Source: Holophagaceae bacterium (GTDB taxonomy: Bacteria; Acidobacteriota; Holophagae; Holophagales; Holophagaceae). From it: DNA of 64,000 nt. A program made the translations under genes and the position numbers. Positions 45,788 through 53,920 of the stretch are shown in pieces. Within the stretch, counting starts at the first letter, position 1. The number at the start of each line of letters is the position of its first letter. The notes under the pieces are model-generated. The model was not told the origin of the DNA. It saw only the letters and a program-made list of their open reading frames with translations, and made no database searches. Where the stretch lies: the NCBI GenBank assembly GCA_035254125.1, contig DATFAX010000051.1:61142-125141 (forward strand), read 5' to 3'.

Positions 45788-46139
45788 GGTCCGGCTTCGC
45801 CGCCACGGGCATGCGCCCCCGGAATCCGGCCTCGTAGCTGTGCCAGTGGTCCAGGGATTCCTCGGGCCAGGCCCAGCACCAGTAGCCGTCGCCACTGTCG
45901 AAATCCACGAGCCAGAGCCCCTTCACATCCGCACCGAGGTCGCGCATGGCATCGCTCCAGCTCTGCACGAGGTCCTGCAGGCGCTCCTGGAGGGCCTCGG
46001 CCCGGGCCTCGTCCTTGGCGGCGTCGGCTTCCTGGATCTCCTGGGCGAGGCTCTCCGCCAGCCGGAACACGGGCTCCGTCATCGCCCGCACCTGGGGCAT
46101 CCGCGAACGGGCCTCCTCAAGGGTGAACGTGCGAGCCAT
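45774..46139 (-). CDS. DUF2203-like protein
   Basis: 121 aa. FTLEEARSRMPQV...LGADVKGLWLVDFDSGDGYWCWAWPEESLDHWHSYEAGFRGR. 14-nt overlap with the ATL gene. Confidence 0.6.
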   Translation of the reverse strand: MARTFTLEEARSRMPQVRAMTEPVFRLAESLAQEIQEADAAKDEARAEALQERLQDLVQSWSDAMRDLGADVKGLWLVDFDSGDGYWCWAWPEESLDHWHSYEAGFRGRMPVAAKPDHAHP

Positions 46140-46168
46140 GGAACCTCCAAGTACTCCATGATAGGTGC

Positions 46169-46825
46169 ATGAGGTACCTCCCGCTCCTGTCCAGTCTCAC
46201 GGATCCGGCCCCCTGGCCTTCGGACGTGGAGCTCCTGTGGGAGGGGGACCTCCACGCCGGCTGGTCCCATCCCGCCCGGGCGGTGCACGCGATGCACCTG
46301 CCCCCCCAGCCCTTCGGGGAGGGGCTCCTGCAGCAGGCTGGTGCGGCCCTGCGACGGGGCCTTCAACCGGATTTCCTCGTGATCCCCGTGGAGGCCCTGC
46401 CGGATCGGTCCGCCGGTTTCGCCCTCCTGGGCACCCTGGAGATGCTGCTGGAGGTCGTGCAGGGGCGCGTGAAGCTGGCCCTGCGCGTGCATCCCGAAGC
46501 CCAGGCCACGGTCCTCACCCTGCTCCGGGAGGCCCGGGCGGAGGCCGTGGGTTTCTGCTTCACGGGGGGCGATCCCGAGCCCCTGGCCGATCGGCTCTGG
46601 TGCGCCGTGGGCGGTGGGGACCTGGCGCCCCTGCGGGCCCTGGGCTACCGCTGGAACGTGGCCCTGCCCGCCGAGGATCCCGAGGCCTTCCGCCTCGAGG
46701 CGGCGCGCCTGGCCCAGGCCCACCCCGCCGTGCTCTTCCCCGAGCGCCTGCCAGACACCATGCTGGGCCGCCCCGTGGTGGAGGACCCCTCCGTCACCCT
46801 GGGCGCCCACTGGGAGCGTCCATGA
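46169..46825 (+). CDS. Hypothetical protein, translationally coupled to lpxB
   Basis: 218 aa with coding-like composition. The stop overlaps the lpxB ATG (ATGA at 46822-46825). No domain recognised with confidence (faint TIM-barrel-like beta/alpha periodicity). Confidence 0.6.
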   Translation: MRYLPLLSSLTDPAPWPSDVELLWEGDLHAGWSHPARAVHAMHLPPQPFGEGLLQQAGAALRRGLQPDFLVIPVEALPDRSAGFALLGTLEMLLEVVQGRVKLALRVHPEAQATVLTLLREARAEAVGFCFTGGDPEPLADRLWCAVGGGDLAPLRALGYRWNVALPAEDPEAFRLEAARLAQAHPAVLFPERLPDTMLGRPVVEDPSVTLGAHWERP

Positions 46826-47949
46826 GCTTGATGGTCATCGCCGGGGAGGCCAGTGGCGACCTCCACGGCCAGGAGATCCTGCGGGAGCTCAAGGCCCTGG
46901 CCCCGGATCTCCGCATCGTGGGCGTGGGCGGCGCGGGCATGAGCCCCTACCTGGATCTGAAGCTGGCGGACGTGGCGGACCTGGGCGTGGTGGGCTTCGT
47001 GGAACCCCTGGTGAAGTTGCCCCGGCTCCTGGCCCTTCGCAGGCGGATCCTGGCGGTGGCCAAGGCCGAGGGGATCCGCACGGTGCTCACCATCGACTAT
47101 CCCGGCTTCAATTTCAGCCTGGGGGCGGCGCTGAAGGCCCAGGATCCCGGCCTGAAGCTGCACCACTATGTCTGCCCGCAGGTGTGGGCCTGGAAGAAGG
47201 GCCGCATCCCCAAGATGGGGCGGCTCCTGGACGTGCTCTACTGCCTCTTCGATTTCGAGCCGGCCCTCTTCGAGGGCTACCCCGTGGAGGCCCGCTTCGT
47301 GGGCAATCCGTTGGTGGAGGTGGTGCAGCCCGAGGTGGACCGGGCGACCTTTCTGCGGGAAACGGGGCTGGCGGGGGATCGGCCCCTCGTGGCCCTCCTG
47401 CCCGGCAGCCGGCGCTCGGAACTGTCGCGGCTCCTGCCCGCCATGGCGGAGCTGGTGCGACGCTGGCGCATGGAACGCCCCGAGGTGCAGTGGGTGCTGC
47501 CGGTGGCGCCCACCCTTCCCGACGCCGAGGTGGCGGCCCTCCTGGGTGACCTGCCTGTACGCCGGGTGCCCGCTTCCCGCACTTACGCGGCCCGGGCCCA
47601 TGCGGATGCGGCGCTGGTGGCCTCGGGCACCGCCACCCTGGAGACGGCCCTCCTGGGCACCCCCTTCGCCATCGTCTACCGTTTGAATCCGCTGACCTAC
47701 CAGATGGCCCGCCACCTGGTGAAGCTACCCTTCATCGGTCTCGCCAACATCGTGGCGGGCCGGGAGGTGGCCCCGGAGCTGGTGCAGGGGGAGGTGTCCC
47801 CCGAAGCGCTGGGGAAGACCCTGGCCGGGCTGCTGGAGGGTGCCGAATCCCGGCGCCGGCGGGAGGCCCTCGCGGGCGTTCGCGCCCACCTCGGGGAGCC
47901 CGGCGCGGCCCGCCGGGTGGCCGCGCGGATCCTCCGCCCGGAGGTCTGA
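46822..47949 (+). CDS. lpxB: Lipid-A-disaccharide synthase
   Basis: Last 375 aa of ORF 46165..47949. MVIAGEASGDLHG...IDYPGFNFSL...LHHYVCPQVWAWKKGR...LLPGSR..E...ASGTATLE are characteristic LpxB motifs. Confidence 0.9.
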   Translation: MSLMVIAGEASGDLHGQEILRELKALAPDLRIVGVGGAGMSPYLDLKLADVADLGVVGFVEPLVKLPRLLALRRRILAVAKAEGIRTVLTIDYPGFNFSLGAALKAQDPGLKLHHYVCPQVWAWKKGRIPKMGRLLDVLYCLFDFEPALFEGYPVEARFVGNPLVEVVQPEVDRATFLRETGLAGDRPLVALLPGSRRSELSRLLPAMAELVRRWRMERPEVQWVLPVAPTLPDAEVAALLGDLPVRRVPASRTYAARAHADAALVASGTATLETALLGTPFAIVYRLNPLTYQMARHLVKLPFIGLANIVAGREVAPELVQGEVSPEALGKTLAGLLEGAESRRRREALAGVRAHLGEPGAARRVAARILRPEV

Positions 47950-48047
47950 ACGGACCGGTCGGGCGGGAAGGCGTCCGGGCGGGCGGCGAAGCTGGACAAT
48001 TCCGGCGTCCCCCTTCATCCTCTAGGCATTCCAACCGGAGGAACGGT

Positions 48048-48923
48048 TTGAGCATCTGGGTCACCGGTGTCGGCGGCGTGGGGGGCTGGATCGCCCATCA
48101 GCTGGCGTCTGCCGGCGAGGACATCAGCCTCGTGGTGCGGCCCGGAACCGAAGCCCGGTGGCGGGAGACGGGCCTGCGCCTCGTCACTGAAGAGGGGCCC
48201 CGGCCCATCCTGCACCTGGCCGTGGACGAGCACCTGGAACAGCTGCCCCGGCCCACCCTCGTGGTCGTCTCCGTGAAGATGCCGGACCTGGCCATGGCCC
48301 TGCAGCGGCTCGCCCCCCACCTGCCCGAGGGGACGCCCGTGCTCCTGCTGCAGAACGGCCTGGGGGCCGGGGAGCTGGCCCAGGCCATGCTGCCCAAGTG
48401 CCGCATCATCCACACCCCGGTGTTCCTCATGGGGTGGATCAGCGCCCCGGGCGAAGTCACCGCCTACCTGCCCCGCCGCATCATCCTGCCGGCCGAGGAG
48501 GCCCTGCAGGCCCCCTTCCGCCGGGCCGGGTTCGAGGTGGAGGAGGTGGCGGACCTGGCCGCGGCCCTCTGGCGCAAGGCCGTGTTCCTCATCGCCTTCG
48601 CCGGGCTGGACGTGGCGCTGGGACAGGGCGCAGCCGCCGTGGCGGCGGACCCCCGCTATCCGGAACTGCTCGGGGAACTCTGCCTCTTCGCGTCGGTGGA
48701 AGGCCATCCCCTCCCTGAGGGGACGGTTGAGGAAGTGCTCGCCTTCACCCGGGGCCTTCCCAAGGATGCCCACAGCAGCCTCTTCCGGGACCTCCAACAG
48801 GGCCGGGAAGGGGAGTGGGAGGACCTCATCGGGTGGTGCCAGAGGCGGGCCCGCAGCCGCTTCCTGGACCTGCCCGTGCTGATGGGGCTGGGGAAGCCCA
48901 CCCCAGTGGCGCCGAGGGCCTGA
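48048..48923 (+). CDS. Ketopantoate reductase (PanE/ApbA) family oxidoreductase
   Basis: 291 aa, TTG start after GGAGGA. N-terminal Rossmann IWVTGVGGVGGWIAHQLA, LLLQNGLG, and a WRKAVF C-terminal domain. Confidence 0.7.
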   Translation: MSIWVTGVGGVGGWIAHQLASAGEDISLVVRPGTEARWRETGLRLVTEEGPRPILHLAVDEHLEQLPRPTLVVVSVKMPDLAMALQRLAPHLPEGTPVLLLQNGLGAGELAQAMLPKCRIIHTPVFLMGWISAPGEVTAYLPRRIILPAEEALQAPFRRAGFEVEEVADLAAALWRKAVFLIAFAGLDVALGQGAAAVAADPRYPELLGELCLFASVEGHPLPEGTVEEVLAFTRGLPKDAHSSLFRDLQQGREGEWEDLIGWCQRRARSRFLDLPVLMGLGKPTPVAPRA

Positions 48924-48930
48924 GCGGGGT

Positions 48931-49494
48931 TCAGAACATCCAGGTGAAGCCGGCGCTGACCCCGGTGGCCCGAACGTTGGCATCCACGGGACTCCAGAAG
49001 GCCTTCACCTCCAGGGCGAGGTGGCTGTTCCATCGCAGGCCCACGCCGCCATTGGCCCCCAGCTTCGTACCGCCGATGCGGGTGTCGCCGCCGGCGCTCT
49101 CGGTGGTGATGCGCCAGTTCTGGGCGCCCAGGGCCGCCATGAGGTAGGGGCCCTTCTGGTCGTCGTTGGGCCGCCACACCAGTTCCACGCCGAGCATGTA
49201 GGCGAAGACGCGGGTCTTGTTGCCGGCGATGTGCAGGTCGTCGCCCTTGGGGAAGTAGTCGAACTGCACCAGGGGGCGGAAGGAGACGCCGCGGAGCTCC
49301 TCCTGGGGCAGGTCCACGAAGCCCGCCAGGGAGACCCCGTTCTGGCCACCATTCAGGTCCCTCAGGTTCCCCATGGGGGCCTGCAGGTGCATCCTCAGGC
49401 CGATGTTGGCCCGGTCCTCCGCGGCCTCCTGGGCGCCGAGCACGGCGGGGAGGGCGGCGAGGAGGAGGGGCAGGCTGCGGCGGGTCAGGGTCAC
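48931..49494 (-). CDS. Small outer-membrane beta-barrel protein
   Basis: 187 aa, GTG start overlapping the kdsC stop. Signal peptide LLLAALPAVLGAQE, alternating beta strands, C-terminal ...GFTWMF. Confidence 0.75.
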   Translation of the reverse strand: MTLTRRSLPLLLAALPAVLGAQEAAEDRANIGLRMHLQAPMGNLRDLNGGQNGVSLAGFVDLPQEELRGVSFRPLVQFDYFPKGDDLHIAGNKTRVFAYMLGVELVWRPNDDQKGPYLMAALGAQNWRITTESAGGDTRIGGTKLGANGGVGLRWNSHLALEVKAFWSPVDANVRATGVSAGFTWMF

Positions 49495-50024
49495 GGGAGC
49501 TCCAGGTAGGGTGCCACCATCTCGTCCCAGCGGCCCTGGGCCTTGAGAATGCGCTCCGCCACTTCCCGCAGCACGCCGGTGCCCCCCGCGTGGGGCAGCA
49601 CCCAGTGGCAGCGCACGCGCACCTCCGCCACGGCATCCGCGGGGCAGCAGGCGAGGCCCACGCGCAGCATGATGGGCAGGTCGTGGAGGTCGTCCCCCAC
49701 ATGGGCGATCTCATCCAGGGCGAGGCCGTATTTGGCGCAGAGCTGGTCGAGGATGGGCTTCTTCTCGAGGTGCCCCGTGAAGCAGTCCTCGATGCCGAGA
49801 TCCGCGGCCCGGTGGTCCGTGGCCCGGCTCTTGAGGCCGCTGATGAAGGCCACGGGGATGCCCGCCTTCTGGAGGGCCTTGATGGCCACGCCGTCCCGCA
49901 CGTGGAAGGTCTTCGTGTGGCCCGGCTCCCGGCCGTACTCGAGGGCCCCCGTGGTGAGCACCCCGTCGATATCCGTGCAGACGAGGCGGATGCGGGCGGC
50001 TCGGGCGTCGACGTGCGGGTCCAT
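49491..50024 (-). CDS. kdsC: 3-deoxy-D-manno-octulosonate 8-phosphate phosphatase (HAD family, KdsC)
   Basis: Met 31 of ORF 49491..50114(-). LVCTDIDGVLT (DxDGV), FHVRDG.AIK, VAFISG, HVGDDLHDLP. Confidence 0.85.
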   Translation of the reverse strand: MDPHVDARAARIRLVCTDIDGVLTTGALEYGREPGHTKTFHVRDGVAIKALQKAGIPVAFISGLKSRATDHRAADLGIEDCFTGHLEKKPILDQLCAKYGLALDEIAHVGDDLHDLPIMLRVGLACCPADAVAEVRVRCHWVLPHAGGTGVLREVAERILKAQGRWDEMVAPYLELP

Positions 50025-50100
50025 TCGGGGAGTGTAACCTGGAGCCCCGGGCCTGTCTCCGCGCCCTCTGGCGCGATCGGGTCCCGCAGCAGGAGGATGC

Positions 50101-50388
50101 ATGACCGGTTTCATTCCCGTGGAAGAGGCTCAAGGCCTCATCGACCAAGGCGCCGTGGTGGTGGATGTGCGCACCCTGCCGGAATGGAACGAGGGCCACG
50201 GGCCCAGCCTCTTCCTACCCCTGGACCAGCTGGCGGCCCGGCTCCACGAGCTGCCCAAGGACAAGCCCCTCCTCCTCGTCTGCCGCAGCGGCGCCCGCAG
50301 CGGGCAGGCCGCCAATTGGCTACGCACCCAGGGCTACGACGCCCACAACCTCGGCCCCTGGCAGCGCAGTCCCCTCGTGGAGGGGTGA
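50101..50388 (+). CDS. Single-domain rhodanese (sulfurtransferase)
   Basis: 95 aa. VVVDVRTLPEWNEGH and the active-site loop CRSGARS. Confidence 0.85.
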   Translation: MTGFIPVEEAQGLIDQGAVVVDVRTLPEWNEGHGPSLFLPLDQLAARLHELPKDKPLLLVCRSGARSGQAANWLRTQGYDAHNLGPWQRSPLVEG

Positions 50389-50405
50389 TTCTCCGGAACG
50401 AGCAG

Positions 50406-50497
50406 CGGACGCAGAAGAAGGGGCCACGACGGGCTGGCTGAGCCATGGAGCGCTTTTTTCAGTGTCTTCCGCGTTCCTTCTGCGGGTTCTGCGTCCG
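50406..50497. repeat. Intergenic nested-palindrome repeat, copy C (rhodanese -> cydA spacer)
   Basis: cggacgcagaa (50406-50416) is the exact reverse complement of ttctgcgtccg (50487-50497). The interior holds GCRGARG-type heptads (gcagaag, gcggaag on the other strand) and a stem followed by a T-run (ggagcgcttttttc). Confidence 0.6.
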
Positions 50498-50566
50498 TGC
50501 TTTCGATCCGTTTGACGGGTGTCAATCCAAGGCGCTCTCATGGGGGAGGTCTTTTGGAGGTCGCGA

Positions 50567-51901
50567 ATGGGTGATCCGCTCATCTGGCATCGGCTGCAGT
50601 TCGCCTTCACGATCATCTACCACTACCTCTTCCCGCAGCTGACCATGGGGCTGGCGCTGCTGATCTTTGGGCTCAAAGCTCAGCACCTCCGTACGGGCGA
50701 GACCCGCTACGCCGACGCGGCGCGCTTCTGGATCAAGATCTTCGGCATCAACTTCGCCATGGGCGTGGTGACGGGCATTCCCATGGAGTTCCAGTTCGGG
50801 ACGAACTGGTCGAACTTCACGCGCCAGACGGGCGGCGTCATCGGCCACACCCTGGGCATGGAGGGCATGTTCGCCTTCTTCCTGGAGAGCAGCTTCCTGG
50901 GCCTGCTGATCTGGGGCGAGAAAAAGCTCTCGGTGAGGGCCCACTTCGGGGCCGCCACGGCGCTGTGGCTGGGCTCCTGGCTGAGCGGCTACTTCATCGT
51001 CACCACCAACGCCTTCATGCAGCATCCCGTGGGCTACACGGTGGCGACGGACGGCAGCCTGCAGCTGGCGAGCTTCTGGGCCTTCGTGCTGAATCCCTGG
51101 GCCCTGGCCCAATATGCCCACACGATGCTGGCCGCCGTGGTCACGGCTTCCTTCGTGATGGCGGCCGTGGGCGCCTACTGGACCTTGAAGGGGGTCCACG
51201 GCGACCAGGCGAAGCTCAACCTGCGGTGGGGCACCACGGCGGGGCTCCTGGCGAGCCTCCTCGTCGCCTTCCCCACGGGGGATCACCAGGCGAAGCTCGT
51301 GGCCAAGCACCAGCCCGCCGCCCTGGCGGCCATGGAGGGGCGGTTCGTCACGGGCTCCCACGCGGAGATCAACCTCATCGGTCAGCCCAATGTGAAGGCC
51401 CGGCGCCTGGACAATCCCGTCCCCATCCCAAGCATGCTGAGCTTCCTCGTGCATGGCACCTTCTCCGGCGAGGTGAAGGGGCTCAACGACATCCCCGAGG
51501 ACCAGTGGCCGGGCAACATCGAGCTGCTCTACTACAGCTTCCACATCATGGCGGGGCTCGGCACGCTCTTCATCGGCCTCATGGGCCTCGCGGCCCTGCA
51601 GGATCGGCGGGGTCGACTGGCGGCCCAGCGGCCGCTGCTTTGGACGCTCATGCTGGCCTTCCCCTTCCCCTACATCGCCACCACCTTCGGGTGGATGGTG
51701 GCGGAGCTGGGGCGCCAGCCCTGGCTCGTGTACGGCCTGATGCGCACGGCGCAGGGTGCGAGCCCTACGGTGCATGCGGGCACGGCGGCCTTCACGCTCA
51801 TCGGCTTCTGCGGCATCTACTTCGTGTTGGGGCTGCTATTCGTGTTCCTCATCGGCCGGGAACTGAGCCACGGCCCCGCCTCGGAGGTGCACCATGGCTG
51901 A
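50567..51901 (+). CDS. cydA: Cytochrome bd ubiquinol oxidase subunit I
   Basis: ORF 50519..51901. Start set at ATG 50567 (GGAGG 7 nt upstream). WHRLQFAFTIIYHYLFPQLTMGL..., Q-loop, GWMVAELGRQPW motif. Confidence 0.95.
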   Translation: MGDPLIWHRLQFAFTIIYHYLFPQLTMGLALLIFGLKAQHLRTGETRYADAARFWIKIFGINFAMGVVTGIPMEFQFGTNWSNFTRQTGGVIGHTLGMEGMFAFFLESSFLGLLIWGEKKLSVRAHFGAATALWLGSWLSGYFIVTTNAFMQHPVGYTVATDGSLQLASFWAFVLNPWALAQYAHTMLAAVVTASFVMAAVGAYWTLKGVHGDQAKLNLRWGTTAGLLASLLVAFPTGDHQAKLVAKHQPAALAAMEGRFVTGSHAEINLIGQPNVKARRLDNPVPIPSMLSFLVHGTFSGEVKGLNDIPEDQWPGNIELLYYSFHIMAGLGTLFIGLMGLAALQDRRGRLAAQRPLLWTLMLAFPFPYIATTFGWMVAELGRQPWLVYGLMRTAQGASPTVHAGTAAFTLIGFCGIYFVLGLLFVFLIGRELSHGPASEVHHG

Positions 51902-52940
51902 GCTCTGGTTCTGGCTTGTGTCGGTGATGATGGCCATCTATGTCGTCATGGATGGCTTCGACTTCGGCAGCGGGGCCCTGCACCTCGTGGTGGCGAAAAC
52001 CAATGAGGAACGGCGCACTATCCTCGCGGCCATCGGCCCCTTCTGGGATGGCAATGAGGTGTGGCTGCTGGCCGGGGGCGGCTCCCTCTTCCTGGCCTTC
52101 CCGAGGGTGCTCGGGGCCGGGTTCTCCGGGTTCTACCTGGCCATGTTCCTCGTGCTGTGGACCCTGATCCTGCGTGGCTGCGCCATCGAGTTCCGCAGCC
52201 ACGTGCAGAGCCTTCTCTGGCGCAGCTTCTGGGACACGGGCTTCACCGTGGCCAGCCTCCTGATGCCGATCCTCCTGGGCGCGGCCCTGGGCAACGTGCT
52301 GCGGGGCGTGCCGGTGACGACGGAGGGCACCTTCGAATTGCCCCTCTTCACGCACTTCGGCACCGCCTCCCCCGTGGGCCTCCTGGACTGGTATACGGTG
52401 CTGGTGGGGCTGTTCGCCCTCCTGGCCCTCACGGCCCACGGCGCTGTGTTCCTGGCCTGGCGGACGGAGGGGCCCGTGCAGACGCGGAGTGCGGCCCTGG
52501 CCCCGAAGCTGTGGGTCGCAGTGGGGTTGCTCTGGGTCCTCGTCGCCGCGGCCACCCATGCGGTGAATCCCGCCATCTTCGCGGGCAGTGTCCGAAGCGG
52601 TCTGGCCCTGCTCTTCACGGGGGTACTGCTGGCCGGCTTCACGAGCCTCGTCCTCGGTCTCATGAACCGCCGGTACCTGCTGGCCTTCATAGGCAGTGGG
52701 GCCTTCATTCTCGGGCTGCTGGCCGCCTCGGCGGCGAGCGTGTGGCCCGTGATGCTCTCCAGCACCCTGGATCCCGCCTGGAGTCTCACGGCCCTGAACA
52801 GCGCCTCCGCCACCGCCAGCCTCCGGAAGGGGCTCGGCTGGTGGTTCCTGGGCTTCCCCATCGCCGTGGGTTACGTCGTTTTGCTTTTCCGCATCCACCG
52901 GGGCAAGGCGAAGGCCGCAGCTGAGGGGGAGGGCTATTGA
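51894..52940 (+). CDS. cydB: Cytochrome bd ubiquinol oxidase subunit II
   Basis: 348 aa, 8-nt overlap with cydA. YVVMDGFDFGSG...FWDGNEVWL motifs. Confidence 0.95.
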   Translation: MAELWFWLVSVMMAIYVVMDGFDFGSGALHLVVAKTNEERRTILAAIGPFWDGNEVWLLAGGGSLFLAFPRVLGAGFSGFYLAMFLVLWTLILRGCAIEFRSHVQSLLWRSFWDTGFTVASLLMPILLGAALGNVLRGVPVTTEGTFELPLFTHFGTASPVGLLDWYTVLVGLFALLALTAHGAVFLAWRTEGPVQTRSAALAPKLWVAVGLLWVLVAAATHAVNPAIFAGSVRSGLALLFTGVLLAGFTSLVLGLMNRRYLLAFIGSGAFILGLLAASAASVWPVMLSSTLDPAWSLTALNSASATASLRKGLGWWFLGFPIAVGYVVLLFRIHRGKAKAAAEGEGY

Positions 52941-53040
52941 GCAGGGCGATCCTGGCTTAAAACCGGCTCATTCCTCCCACCGGAAGCGGGATAATCCCGA
53001 CCGTGGGGCTCATGAATGACATCACGGAGCGGGAGGGGCC

Positions 53041-53080
53041 GGGGCCCATCCTTGGAATCGCAGCGTGCGACAAGGAGGCC
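53041..53080 (+). promoter_or_regulatory. Candidate RNA thermometer: imperfect hairpin sequestering the hsp20 Shine-Dalgarno
   Basis: tccttg (53049-53054) pairs with caagga (53071-53076) of the AAGGAGG SD. The outer GGCC/GGCC extension has bulges, and the inner stem is tcgca/tgcga (53058-53062 / 53066-53070). The ATG is at 53083. Confidence 0.4.
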
Positions 53081-53082
53081 TT

Positions 53083-53544
53083 ATGAGCAATCTGCTGACC
53101 CGTGATGCCCGAACCGTCACCCCCTCCCAGACCCCCGTACTGGAGCCCTTCCGCATGATGCGGGAGCTCATGCGCTGGGATCCGTTCCGGGACAACCTGA
53201 ACGTCCTGGACACCCAGACCTTCATGCCCAGCTTCGAGGTGAAAGAGACCCCCACGGCCTACGTGTTCAAGGCGGACCTTCCGGGCATCAAGGAAGAGGA
53301 CCTGGACATCCAGCTCCTGGGCAACCGCCTCACCATCGGCGGCAAGCGGGAAACGGAGAAGAAGGAGGACAACGAGACCTGGCACCTGTGGGAGCGCAGC
53401 TACGGTTCCTTCAGCCGGTCGTTCACCCTGCCGGAGGAAATCGCGGCCAACAAGGTGGATGCCCACCTCGTGAATGGCGTGCTCACCCTTACGGTGATGA
53501 AGAACCCCGAGGCTCAGCCTCAGAAGATCCGCGTCAAAAACTAA
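53083..53544 (+). CDS. Small heat-shock protein (Hsp20/alpha-crystallin family)
   Basis: ATG 53083 within ORF 53065..53544, AAGGAGG RBS. FEVKETPTAYVFKADLPGIKEEDLDIQL...ERSYGSFSRSFTLPEEI...AHLVNGVLTLTV. Confidence 0.9.
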   Translation: MSNLLTRDARTVTPSQTPVLEPFRMMRELMRWDPFRDNLNVLDTQTFMPSFEVKETPTAYVFKADLPGIKEEDLDIQLLGNRLTIGGKRETEKKEDNETWHLWERSYGSFSRSFTLPEEIAANKVDAHLVNGVLTLTVMKNPEAQPQKIRVKN

Positions 53545-53812
53545 GAGCGTGTCCAAGCCATCGGCGCGGGCCGCGCTGGGACCGTCGGCCGAATGCACCC
53601 AGGCGACCGACCGAGACGGTGCGGACCACCGTTGAGGGAGGTCAACGCAGGGGCATGACGGCCGCCGGTGCCAGCCCGAAGGGCTGACCCCAGGGGGGCC
53701 TGATCCAGCGTCGAGCCGCTTGTCTGATGAAACCGCATCAGCCTTCGCGGCTCTCCTTGGCTGAGGCCCCCCTGGGGGCAACGTGGCTCGCTCCGATGGT
53801 TTGGACACGCTC
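53545..53812 (+). ncRNA. Unclassified highly structured element (~268 nt): 20-bp terminal helix enclosing fully nested helices; candidate novel ncRNA / 3'UTR element (MITE alternative)
   Basis: gagcgtgtccaagccatcgg (53545-53564) pairs with ccgatggtttggacacgctc (53793-53812): 19 Watson-Crick pairs plus 1 G-T, which is a wobble only on the plus strand. Inside: a 14-bp helix 53578-53591/53659-53672 with 2 mismatches, then a 7-bp extension. Hairpins at 53607-53624, 53630-53647 and 53672-53686. A perfect 14-bp helix 53688-53701/53764-53777 encloses 53713-53719/53747-53753 and 53724-53729/53736-53741. All ORFs here are junk-like. Confidence 0.5.
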
Positions 53813-53849
53813 CACGGATTGGAACTGAGTGCAGGCGAGGGTGGAAGGC

Positions 53850-53879
53850 GGCCCCCCGGAGCGTCGGATCCGGGGGGCC
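53850..53879 (+). terminator. Strong GC hairpin downstream of the structured element (possible terminator, no U-run)
   Basis: ggccccccgga (53850-53860) pairs with tccggggggcc (53869-53879): 11 perfect bp, 8-nt loop. Confidence 0.35.
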
Positions 53880-53920
53880 GGAAGTGTTGAATGGCCTATG
53901 TTGGAAGGGAAGGGGATCCC

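Noticed and set aside
52953-52967. TGGCttaaaaccGGCt upstream of hsp20 as a sigma-54 promoter (GG-N10-GC spacing).
   Set aside because: The -12 element (CGGCT) is poor compared with TTGC(A/T), the site is ~130 nt from the ATG, and no enhancer-like repeats are present. This contrasts with the exact consensus at 41852-41866.
53713-53753. Hairpin GAGCCGC...CUGAUGAAACCGCAUCAG...GCGGCUC resembling group II intron domain V (AGC triad, GAUGAAA).
   Set aside because: The internal loop is symmetric-ish rather than the 2-nt DV bulge, and the apical loop is 6 nt rather than a GNRA tetraloop. The whole element (268 nt) is far too small for a group II intron, and there is no IEP/RT or other intron domains nearby.
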